A stretch of DNA of 44,355 bases from an uncultured Nitrososphaeraceae archaeon (GCA_963765895.1 CAVXZB010000022.1:1-44355), one strand, 5' to 3'. Shown: positions 21,328 through 31,119, counted from the stretch's first letter. Notes: generated by a model not told the origin, from the sequence alone. A program made the numbers and translations.

Positions 21328-21407
21328 TACTACTAAGGGGATAAATTTCTTTCAGTCCAGATTCTAATAAGCACCATTGCTGAAAGAAAAATTACCCCTT
21401 AGTAGTA
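21328..21407. repeat. Palindromic site B: 28-bp arms of the same family, 24-bp loop
   Basis: tactactaaggggataaatttctttcag ... ctgaaagaaaaattaccccttagtagta. Confidence 0.92.
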
Positions 21408-21473
21408 ATAATATTTTATCGCCTATCCTAATGCTAAAACAAACCAAGATGCGCGCGCATTATTATTGGTTGT

Positions 21474-22769
21474 TTATTTACCAGTAGAGTTAGACGACGG
21501 TGTAGAAGTGACATGCGCGGCTTCTGCAGAATAGTTTGTAAATCCAGAATGAGCTGCCAGCCATGAATAAAGATCTGCCAAAACATATTGTTGTATAGGT
21601 CCAATTCCAGTCGTCCACTGAGATGAAGGATAGAAGGCATGTCCTAGATTTGGATATGTTATCAATGTATGGTCAGGATGATTTATATCAGCCAGTCTTT
21701 GCTGCAAGAGAAACGCTTGCTCCACTGGAGTCTGAGTATCATTTTCTCCATTGAGTATTAGGATACCTGTGGATTTAGAGACATTACCAATGATGCTTAG
21801 ATTCGGTATCATATTCAATAACGATCTCCACAATATAGGACAGATTTGAATACTGTTGCATTTATGTGAATTGAAAGCTGTGATGTTTTCATATGTCTTT
21901 ATCGATGCGGGTTTAAGTTGTTTATCGATATTTATGGCACCACCACTACTAGTACCAAAAGCCTTTAGTAGAGTGTTAGATATGTCTTTGATATTATTAG
22001 TACGTAAAACTGAACCCGACACCAGTAAATGACTTAACAAAGGATCCTTCGCTATTTGCTGTATTGATATCAATCCAGTATGATTCTTATCCAATACTTG
22101 TGTAGCGTACTTTGAGGGTAAGGATACGTCTAAATTGTACTCTGAGACTGAAGGGTTCTGAGCCAATGTGGACATAAGTACTATGTTCTTTACCTTCGTC
22201 GAATTATCCATTGCTACTCTTGGAGCGTAAAGTGTACCTTCGCTATGACCAACTATACTTATCCTCTTGGGGTCTACTTCAGGCTGTTGTACAAGAACAT
22301 TCACTGCTTTCTTACCATCTTGAATTTGGTCATTGCCTGTATTATTTCCCCATACATTCGAGTCCAAAATAGTATAATTTCCACCAATGCCTCTTTTATC
22401 ATATCTGAGTACAGCAAAGCCTCTTTCTGATAGATATTGAGCTATATCCCAAAGTAGTAATGGTGGTTTAGGGCCATTTTTGTGAATAAATCCTAATGTT
22501 TCATTCTTATCAATAGCACCAGAACCTTGCATAAGAAGAACACCAGGGAAAGGTCCCTTTCCTATAGCAGGATAAGTCAGCTGAGCCTTAGTCTTTACTC
22601 CTTTTCCTAGATCTATTACTAAATTTCTATATTTTATTGTGGGAATATACTGCTGAGCTAGTGCTTGGTTTTGTTGTAGGTTAAAGACACTAGTAGATAA
22701 ACAAGAAAATACAAGCATAGTAATCAAAAATAATCCTAAAGATAAAGTAATGCTTCTTGTTCTGACCAA
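21474..22769 (-). CDS. Secreted alpha/beta-fold hydrolase
   Basis: N-terminal hydrophobic signal; RYDKRG; nucleophile GHSEG; GENDTQ; YPNLGH catalytic His. Confidence 0.92.
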   Translation of the reverse strand: MVRTRSITLSLGLFLITMLVFSCLSTSVFNLQQNQALAQQYIPTIKYRNLVIDLGKGVKTKAQLTYPAIGKGPFPGVLLMQGSGAIDKNETLGFIHKNGPKPPLLLWDIAQYLSERGFAVLRYDKRGIGGNYTILDSNVWGNNTGNDQIQDGKKAVNVLVQQPEVDPKRISIVGHSEGTLYAPRVAMDNSTKVKNIVLMSTLAQNPSVSEYNLDVSLPSKYATQVLDKNHTGLISIQQIAKDPLLSHLLVSGSVLRTNNIKDISNTLLKAFGTSSGGAINIDKQLKPASIKTYENITAFNSHKCNSIQICPILWRSLLNMIPNLSIIGNVSKSTGILILNGENDTQTPVEQAFLLQQRLADINHPDHTLITYPNLGHAFYPSSQWTTGIGPIQQYVLADLYSWLAAHSGFTNYSAEAAHVTSTPSSNSTGK

Positions 22770-22931
22770 TTTATTATGCCTTATAGCATTCAGCTTGTAT
22801 CTTAGGGTTCACATACTGCTCCAGAATCGTATTATAGAGAATATGAATTGTCATAACAAAGAATTTGGGTATGCGACGGGAGCATATTAAGTCTATTTTC
22901 TTTAGAATAAATTCTAAATATTTTACACCAA

Positions 22932-22982
22932 TAAGGGGCTATTTTTCTTTCACCCCCTCACAGAAAGAAATTTTCCCCCCTT
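22932..22982. repeat. Palindromic site C: inverted copy of site A
   Basis: 22942-22978 is the exact reverse complement of 21164-21200 (37 bp, including the core ACCCCCTCACA). Confidence 0.93.
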
Positions 22983-23594
22983 GTCCACTAAAATTATTTT
23001 TATGCTTGGTAGTCATGCCTTCAAAGCTTTCGTCAGTCTAGATATCCAAATCTAATTAAATTAGCTTTATTATTTAGCATTGCTCACACGTCCTTTAGGA
23101 TTATCCTCTCTATAATAATTGATTTAGAGTTTGCTCGTATAAGATTATAATCGAATCGCACGGTAGTGCGGGTGCAGAAATATTTTTTTATCTGCTTGCC
23201 ATTAGATCTGTAGTCGGATTTATTTGATCTGTCATGTCACTCCAGTCTAGTCCGGAAACAATTGGTTTATTGTATCGATAAAAACCAAGAATTAAGATTC
23301 CAATTTCAGAATACACAATTAGACTTGTTATGACTTAAGAGTCTTGTTCTAGAAAACATCCGAATAGTTCTAATCTATAATGGACATTTTTCGTGTGCGC
23401 CTCATCCTTGGCATTTCTACCATCATACCTGGCATCAGCTATACATCCCATGTCTCAAATTCAAAAAGGCTTTTAATGTGATATGCTGCATATCTCTTAA
23501 TAAAAGAGGCTATTTCCGATGTAATTACACAGGATCTGATATCTTGTCTGATTTAGTCTGATTCGAATTACTAATACGGTGGTTCACTATCTAT

Positions 23595-24642
23595 CTAAAG
23601 TTTAGCCAGCAGATTGTACAAGTACGTATTTTCTGTCTTTAATTTCCCCATACTTCTCGGTAGATATCCATTCCTCTTTGCAGAATCAATATTATATTTG
23701 ATCACTTGATACGCATTAAAGTCTAATCGCCTTAATTGGCTACATCTATCAAGCCAATCCTTTATTATTTTAGAAGCCCTCATCAGTATAACACTTTTTA
23801 ATATTAATAAGGTAGGGTGCTAGGATGCACCATACCACGAATTTCCTATAATCAGATAGTGGAGTCTGTAATAGTTTTTCGATCCACTTGATCTTGTTCG
23901 AATTTATGGTCGTTTGGACGTACGCCATTTTGCTATTCGCTTGCTTACGTTGTTCAATCTTTTCGTATATGAGCCATCTTCTAAAATTGCGCAATAGATA
24001 ATTTATCGCGGGCCTTTGACCATCCCACATTTGCATGATTGTAACTTCCTGCGCGCATTTTGAATTTATAGTCCCTGGAACTCTAACCAAACACGTGCTC
24101 ACTGTAGGATTATGTTGAGGATCTCCTTTTTTGTTAGCTAGGAACTCTTCTGCAAATTGCATAAATTTAGATGTCAGATCTTTTCCATCAGGTTCTCTCA
24201 ATCTTGCAAATCTATCTTCTTCTTCGAGAACGAATCCATCCATCGGCTGATATATGTGGTAACCATTACCAGTTCACAATACAGTAGGATGGCCTCGTGT
24301 AGCCATGCTGATTTTCCTAAGGATTTTATTTAATCCTCTGTCAAGTTTTTCCCTTGAATTATCAAAATCCCTAAGATCTAAATCCATCATCACGAAACTA
24401 GGCCCGACTCTATTGATACCCTGATAATTAGTAAATGAATGGTAGGCGTTAATATGACAGTCTTCATAGTCCGAGGATTTGAAATAATTCAATACCTCTT
24501 GCTTACTGTACACTTCTTTCTGATATCCAAGCCTTTTGGTCATAATCTTTCTCGGAAAAAGAGGTTCTTGAAAATGAGATAAAATAAAGTCTACATTTTC
24601 AGATATTACTTCTGGATGTAATGTGTGATTACTCGTCGTCAT
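23595..24642 (-). pseudogene. Archaeo-eukaryotic primase (AEP) fused to a PriX-like C-terminal domain; in-frame TGA at 24274-24276 and frameshift near 23780
   Basis: DLD motif I; (W>*)TGNGYHIYQP motif II; VRVPGTINSK; C-terminal WIEKLLQTPLSDYRK...ILAPYLIN...IIKDWLDRC is PriX-like. Confidence 0.85.
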
Positions 24643-27147
24643 CCTGATTATTTTCCTCTGCATCGTTGTCCTCATCGTCCTCGTATTCCACGGCCATCCT
24701 ACTCTTTACCATCTCCACAGCATAGTCTATTCTATTATCCATTGAGCCTTTACCGATGGGTAATTTCAATAGCTCTCTCTATGGTTTGCCAGAAGATGAT
24801 TACCTAGGTCAAATTCTATAAGATTTCTGTAATCACACCAGGGGCAAGATATCAGGGGCAGTTCTACTTTGGATTTATCTTCTCCATTTATGGCCTGTCT
24901 TGGAGATGCTGAAGCATCGTTATTATGTAATCCTGCGACACTTGCGACAGATGCGACACATTTAGAAGACGGAGATACATCTTTTTCATCAATTCTCTTA
25001 CTACCTGGGTTCGGATTCACTAATGGCGCTGAGGTTTCACTATTATCATTTATTTCTGCGACACTTGCGACAGATGCGACACATTTAGAAGACTGACATG
25101 CCTGTTTTTCATTAACACTAGTACCTAATTTATCATTACTATCTATAGAACTACTATTACAAATCACATCTGTACTGGGATCTTTATCATATTCATGTTT
25201 TGAATGTTCAGCAATTGACTCTATTTGAGTTGCAGCGGCTTCTACTTCAGTCTGAAGATTAACTTTAGTGGATGGTGGGACAGATTCTGATGTTAAATTA
25301 CCATCATCTATTGGCCCATTTTGCACGTCTCCGTTCTTAAAATGTGTCGCAAGTGTCGCGTCTGTCGCAGGTTCCGGTTTATTAGTCGGATCCAGGATTG
25401 CTATCTCGTCTGGAACATCATAATAATGAATTACTAGTCTGTCTAGAACTTCTTTTGAAAATTTAAGCCCCATTTTGGTCTCGCTACCACTTCCTACTTT
25501 GAATGGTTCAGCTTTGAATTTTGACATATAAATAGATGTTATATATTTGTGCGAAATAGACCCGAATTCTACACTGTAAAATGAATTTGGCTTAAATGCG
25601 TTGTCCCGACCGTTCATCACGGTTTTGGCTTCAGTCCATATGTCTTCATTATAAAATATGTAGGATTTACTCTCATCCGGTCCATCACTATTTACATTTT
25701 CCTTTCCAATTAAGTTATTGATTACTTCTCGTAACTTCGATTCAATTGAATTTCTCTTAAGTTCATTTCTTTCGGATACGATTTTAGATAGTGCGCACCG
25801 AATTTCTTCTAATGCTATAGGAGCATCATTTGGACTGTTAAATAACCGTAGTAGTGGTTTAGTAAGCTCAGCACTTCGATGTTTAACATTCAAATTAAGA
25901 TCAGCGATTACATCATTGTGATGAATCATTCGGAATGCGAATAGCAATTTGCGCAAATTGATTATTTCGTCGTGAAGCGGTTTGAACTTTGGATCGCCCG
26001 CATATTTTATTACATCCTTTATATTATATTCGACATCGCCAACTATGAACCCAAACACGAATGACCTATCCAGAATTCCTTTGATTTTCTTGTAGTCTGG
26101 TAGCTCCTCCATTGCAAGCCACTTCGTGCAATATGTCAGATACGATTCCTGTGTTCGGCCATACGTCAAGTCTACTTTAGGTACGTTTCCACCTGATGTG
26201 TAACCTGTCTTTAGGATTTTCTGCTTCTCTCTATCGTATCCAATATCCTCTGCCTCATCTTCTGCGATAGTCCCTTGACATTCCTCAGTATCCCCTAAGA
26301 ATGTGAAATAATTAGGCGCACTTGCTGATGTTACATAGAATACACGATACCCTAGCAGTTTGTATACAAGCAGTGCCGAATTTTTCCCACTTCCATTATC
26401 CCCTACAAAAATATTATAGTGCAGTGTTGGAAATTTGTCCTGGAAATAGCTGTAGATAGTATCAGCTGAGAAGATGGAGATATGATGATCTTCAGTATTT
26501 ACATATTTTCCATATACGAGTTTGGTTTTTAAATACAGCGAATCGAAGGTTTCATTTCGCGCTCTTTCAAGGTATTGATTAAGCTCGTCAGGCGATTCAA
26601 ATATATAGGGTAAGGGATTCTGGGAATCAAAATTATCTGCTGGATGTAGTACCTTATCACGTCTATCTATTTCAGTTTGATACTTTGGCTGTCCATTTTG
26701 CTCTAACATTAGGAATGCAGTTTGACCATCTTTGAATACTATCAATTCGTGTAATGGTAACGTTCCATTTGCAGTATATTTTCTAATCTTGACTTTCTTG
26801 AGGCGTTTCGTATTCTCATCTTCATTGTTAAGCTGATCTTCTTGCCCATCTTTTGTTAAACTCACAATTTCATAATTATTATTCAATACATCTTCTATGA
26901 GATTGATATGTGGAGCGCTTACTCCAATTTGCTCTAACTTTTTAACAAGAGTTTTTACAGTCTGGTTCCATTTAGGACCCTTACAAACTGGAGATACAAT
27001 CTGTTTTTCCTTATAAACATGATTTAGTGTTAGCAGTAGACAATGAGTCCGTTTATCCTTCCTAAAGGACGTCACTATCTGTTCTTTGGTAATCTCGTCT
27101 GTTAATTCCAGATCTATAAAATTATCTGCGTTAGAATATGGTTTCAA
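24629..27147 (-). CDS. Large P-loop NTPase-like replication protein with C-terminal C2H2 Zn finger (last ~50 aa frameshifted at an AG repeat near 24775)
   Basis: Walker A-like GDNGSGKN; Walker B-like IAEDEAE; ILDRS Arg-finger-like motif; CPWC...H...H finger. The tail LLKLPIGKGS...DDDE* overlaps the primase start. Confidence 0.75.
24933..25370. repeat. Iteron-like array: three blocks of three 9-bp-spaced GCGACA motifs (two identical 38-bp direct copies, one inverted block)
   Basis: ctgcgacacttgcgacagatgcgacacatttagaagac at 24933-24970 and 25056-25093; inverted aaatgtgtcgcaagtgtcgcgtctgtcgcag at 25340-25370. Confidence 0.93.
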
Positions 27148-27157
27148 TTACAAGACC

Positions 27158-27325
27158 TCAGTTTGTACTCTCTTGAAATTTGGAGATGCAATCATTGCAA
27201 AGTAATAACGAAATTACTTTCTGAGGTCCAGCTCTTACTTTAATCTCGTTTGTAGCTTTTGCAAAGCATTCCTCTGCTTCACATATAAGGTTATTAATCT
27301 CCGAGTTGTAGTCATAATTATCCAT
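27158..27325 (-). CDS. 55-aa Zn-finger protein (not in ORF track)
   Basis: MDNYDYNSEINNLICEAEECFAKATNEIKVRAGPQKVISLLLCNDCISKFQESTN*; aggaga upstream; ends 10 bp before the P-loop ORF. Confidence 0.8.
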   Translation of the reverse strand: MDNYDYNSEINNLICEAEECFAKATNEIKVRAGPQKVISLLLCNDCISKFQESTN

Positions 27326-27348
27326 GGGGAATCATCTCCTATTGGCTT

Positions 27349-27397
27349 AAGGTTTCACTTGATTGCAGGGTCTCAACTCTACAATCAAGTGAACCTT
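27349..27397. promoter_or_regulatory. Strong ~22-bp stem-loop between the RHH and Zn-finger genes
   Basis: aaggtttcacttgattgcagggt ctca actctacaatcaagtgaacctt. Confidence 0.8.
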
Positions 27398-27400
27398 GAT

Positions 27401-27541
27401 TTACTTTTTTCGTTCCAACGTGTACCGCCCTTCAAGTATTCTTAATACATACCGGCTGCGTGGAACATCCCCACGTTCTGAACCTATCTGTCCTATGATT
27501 TGCCTAGGGAGCGAAATCCCTAATACAAGATTTGACTTCAT
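27401..27541 (-). CDS. 46-aa ribbon-helix-helix (CopG-like) protein (not in ORF track)
   Basis: MKSNLVLGISLPRQIIGQIGSERGDVPRSRYVLRILEGRYTLERKK*: beta strand (GISLP), helix, then RSxxxxxIL second helix. Confidence 0.75.
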   Translation of the reverse strand: MKSNLVLGISLPRQIIGQIGSERGDVPRSRYVLRILEGRYTLERKK

Positions 27542-27598
27542 ATTTAATATATATAGTAAGTTTAATAAATCTGTCATCCAAACTACTACGGATAATTT

Positions 27599-28792
27599 TT
27601 GAGATGGGATGAGAAAGTTGATTCATCGATCATAGAATCCTTAGGGAAGGACCAACTGCATACTGAGGGTCTATATGAACAAGTGTGTTCTAGGTATAGA
27701 GGGATTTCATTTGACGCATTTAATAGGCATCTGAAAAAGTTAGTTGCTGACGGATATATCAAAAAATCATCTATCGGAATAGGCAAAAAAGCTTCCCACT
27801 GTCTAACAGAAAAAGCTAGACGGAGTTTACGAATTGGAACATTTGATATTAAATCCAAAAAAGGGAGAGTCAGACGTGGTGTAAATAGTGAACGAATAAA
27901 ATGCCAGAAACTATATGTTTTGCTGCTACTCTTTCGTCACCGAACTATTTACAGATTTGACACAGAAATAGAATTCGATAATTTCCTAACTCAATTTAAA
28001 TTAACTAGTGAGCAACTTATTCAAACCCATTCTCCCAATTTTATACATATATCTGGAGATGGAAGCTATCAATATTTAGGAACTGCTTGGAAATCCCCTA
28101 ATGGGGATATTGAGATAGTAGAGATTAGTAAACATGATATAACACATAGAAAAGATTCAACTGGAAACCTTCGCCGACTGACACAACCTGAATTTTATTA
28201 TTCTTGTAGCGTTAAGGGATTAACTGAAAGAGAGGTTCTAAATTCAGATTTACGTCTAGCATCTTCGTCATTTAGAATTACAAGAGAGGAAGCAGAGGAA
28301 GCATTTCGTATATTACATAAAGAAAATCTCCTCAAACCGATCGCCGTATATAAGAATGAAGTCTTATACGCGGTATCAGATGAACGGTCGGATGAGTTCT
28401 TACAAGATTGTCTTGAAGTCTATGAATTCGTTTCTGGCGGAATAATAGATATTTGGGGTTCCATTAGTCGGCCTAACCCCCAGGAAGTACGCTGGCTTGA
28501 ATTTTTTATAGGTAAAGAAGGTACCGACAAAATTAGAAATCATGCTTACGAAACTAAAAAAGCCAAACGTGGTATGACAACAGATGATTTTTATGAATGG
28601 TTAAAATGGTGGAGACACTCCCTTAAGAAATCCAAGGACGATATCGACGCTATGGTAACAGATCTCAAAAAGAAACATGAATTGACGATACAGAAATATC
28701 CCTATCCTTCAAATGACGTCTTGGAACTTGTTTATCCAAATTTTTTGGAGAATACATTTCAAATAACAAAAAAGAAGCAGAAATCCAATTAG
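27599..28792 (+). CDS. Hypothetical protein with N-terminal winged-helix DNA-binding domain
   Basis: ISFDAFNRHLKKLVADGYIKK...HCLTEKA wHTH pattern; intact 397-aa ORF divergent from the RHH operon. Confidence 0.75.
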   Translation: MRWDEKVDSSIIESLGKDQLHTEGLYEQVCSRYRGISFDAFNRHLKKLVADGYIKKSSIGIGKKASHCLTEKARRSLRIGTFDIKSKKGRVRRGVNSERIKCQKLYVLLLLFRHRTIYRFDTEIEFDNFLTQFKLTSEQLIQTHSPNFIHISGDGSYQYLGTAWKSPNGDIEIVEISKHDITHRKDSTGNLRRLTQPEFYYSCSVKGLTEREVLNSDLRLASSSFRITREEAEEAFRILHKENLLKPIAVYKNEVLYAVSDERSDEFLQDCLEVYEFVSGGIIDIWGSISRPNPQEVRWLEFFIGKEGTDKIRNHAYETKKAKRGMTTDDFYEWLKWWRHSLKKSKDDIDAMVTDLKKKHELTIQKYPYPSNDVLELVYPNFLENTFQITKKKQKSN

Positions 28793-28809
28793 ATATTATT
28801 CTATATTAG

Positions 28810-28981
28810 TTAAAATTCTTTTTCCATCAATGCGTCTGGCTTGACTTCCGTCAACTTGGGATTGTGCTGTATCATTGGTGTAATCTGACTGAATCGTTGA
28901 TTAGTCTCGTCACGAATAGTCTGTAAATCCTGTTCATATTTTTTGCTTCATCGCCTGCATTTCTCTATCCTTTTCGGGCAT
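28810..28981 (-). pseudogene. Orphan C-terminal tail of another integrase
   Basis: YEQDLQTIRDETNQRFSQITPMIQHNPKLTEVKPDALMEKEF* parallels the neighbouring integrase tail MIRHNPKLAHVKPESLLKK. Confidence 0.8.
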
Positions 28982-29220
28982 TTTAGCCTCAATACCTCCT
29001 CTAGTACAGTATAATCTAGAAATCTAGATATTCCTTGCATTTTGACTTCGATTTCCTCAGACTCTAGCATAATAGATGCTTGCAACATGGCCTAAGAATT
29101 AGTTACTATACTGCACTAGCCTCATCTGAGATCGTCATTTTAAAGCGCTATAAAAGGTGTAGTGTAATTCTCTTCCTTACCATTAAATCCCTATCCCAGA
29201 GTTAGATCTATCCATAATAA

Positions 29221-30388
29221 TTAGCTGATACTTTTCTTTAGCAGTGATTCCGGCTTAACATGTGCCAGCTTAGGATTGTGTCGTATCATCTGCATCATCT
29301 GGGCCATTTGGTTTTGAACGGCCTCTAAATCCTTCCTGTGTCGCCTTTCAAGTTCCATTATCTGATCATTTTTGAACTGCAATTCAGTTACCCTCTTGGC
29401 TAAGCGATGCTCTTCGTTTATAGTTAGGTCATTGATTACCGCGGCATAACCTAGAGCTTTATCGCTTCCTTCTAGTAGTTCTTGATCAGTTGGTTTGAAA
29501 TAAGATTTGGTTAGACCTGATCTATGACCCATTACGTATTCTGAGTAGAGAGGATTCATACCAGCGTTTATGCAAATGGTTTTGAAGAATTTACGAAAGC
29601 CATGTGTTTGCATTAGTCGGTACGCTCGCTTGCGATCTGCTGTTGGTGCTCTTACTCCAGTGCGGTCTAGTAGTCTATGAATCATGAACGCGATAACATA
29701 CGCCGATACCGGTTTCGGTCTATTGACCTCGGTGACTGTATCAAACTCTATTCTAAACAGGGGAGAATTGGGTTTGAGTTGTTCGCCCATCCGCTGCCGC
29801 CATTTTAGGTATTGGTCTATGTACTTGGTACATTCTGGTGTACAGAACGTTGTGTATTGCTCCTGCTCTTTCTTGTATGCGGAAATTTTGTATAGCTGGT
29901 ATTTGTCTATTCTTGTCAAGTCTCTTATTCTTAGGTGTTGTAACGCACCGCGGCGTAGACCAGCAGAGCACATTATCAATACGATGCATTTATCACGTAA
30001 TTGAGGCAGCATCAATCAGTAGTTTTATCTGCTCTAGTGAGTAGGGTTCATCCTCTACTACGCTATAGTGTGCTGCCTTGAATTTCTTTAGCCGCTTCCA
30101 GTGTAGTATGAAATTATTCATCTCGTAGAAATGCACGATAGGAGCGATGTAGCTGGATACTGTAGCCGGTGCTAGCTTACGGTCACGCCTTAGGTGTACT
30201 ATGTAATCTCTTATCGTGCTTTCTAATTGGCTAATGGGAATTAGTAGCATGTCGTTGTGAGTGGGTCTTTTACAATACTGCATAAAATACGAGAATTTTA
30301 GGTTGTACTCCTTTCTAGTTATATCGCTGTTAATTGAATTGATAAAATTACTGTATGCCTCTGCTTCTTGTGGTTGGAGCTGGTCCAT
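29221..30388 (-). CDS. Tyrosine recombinase/integrase, split by one frameshift near 30005
   Basis: N-terminal SAM-like domain (LAPATVSSY); catalytic GLRRG, K, HGFRK, MGH and SYF all present. Confidence 0.92.
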
Positions 30389-30423
30389 TTTCTAAGCTAC
30401 CCTTCTACTGGAGCTACACCTAA

Positions 30424-30764
30424 TTAAGTATAGCATACACTATCAGTAATGTTAGTTTTGTATAGAAATATACCTGATATTATCCCAATTGAGATTCCTA
30501 CTACTATATGAATAGTCATTCCTGCAATAATAGCAGATGATATAGGTGAATGAACTCCAACAATGTGTCCAAATACTATCCAAGTAAGGTCATATGCATG
30601 GGATCTTCCTGTAGAAAAGAAGGTCAAAGGAATTGCCATAACCATGGCTCCTATTATACCCCGGCAATAATGAAGAATACTTCCCTGTTGAATGAAAAAT
30701 CCACTCTAGCTTCGTGGTGCTTTACTTTATTGATCATCTTAATGCTGGTGCTTCTAACATGCAT
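30424..30764 (-). pseudogene. Membrane protein, frameshifted and apparently truncated next to the integrase
   Basis: Hydrophobic helices ...GIISGIFLYKTNI end abruptly 35 bp upstream of the integrase start; frameshift at a G-run near 30660. Confidence 0.6.
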
Positions 30765-31119
30765 TCTAAAAGATATAAGAATTGGTTAAAAGTTGATTTC
30801 TTTTTCAATTCGATGTATTATTTCCAAATTCATCTTTGTAATTGCTTCTATTAGGAACGTCAGTGCAGTGATAACAATGCTCTTCAAATCATGGAATTCT
30901 CACTAGGTTATGTTCTTATCTTTGTTCAAGCATTGCGTAATCATATGCATCTTTGGTACCATTACAAACAATATATTTGCTAGGGCACTGTAAATACCTA
31001 CTGACCTCTATGTGGATCTTACGTTCTTTTATATAGAACATGGTAATCTAACCGATTAGAAAAGAAAAAGTAAATTCATAACTATTCGTACTGATTGAGC
31101 ATCTACAATTCCATTCTGA

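Larger units (their letters stand above)
23595..30388. mobile_element. Cryptic integrative element (integrase plus replication module); boundaries approximate, att sites not identified
   Basis: Co-located tyrosine integrase, wHTH, RHH, Zn finger, P-loop protein and AEP-PriX primase. A host-type gene appears truncated just upstream of the integrase. Confidence 0.8.

Noticed and set aside
21162-22982. Palindromes as integron attC sites
   Set aside because: No RYYYAAC/GTTRRRY ends, and A and C are inverted rather than direct.
24274-24276. In-frame TGA as selenocysteine or recoding
   Set aside because: The paralogue has Trp (TGG) at this position and TGA terminates other genes in the window, so a nonsense change is the simpler explanation.
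24933-25093. 38-bp direct repeats as a mini CRISPR array
   Set aside because: Only two copies, an 85-bp spacer, located inside a long ORF, internally periodic, and no cas genes nearby.
24625-30044. Overlapping short ORFs (24625-24807, 24869-25096, 25718-25921, 27396-27602, 27586-27858, 29684-30004, 29753-29989, 29838-30044)
   Set aside because: Antisense or alternate-frame shadows of the P-loop, RHH, wHTH and integrase genes.
23051-30435. ctaattaa..tagc at about 23052 and 30420 as attL/attR
   Set aside because: Only 8 bp exact in AT-rich DNA; not distinguishable from chance.
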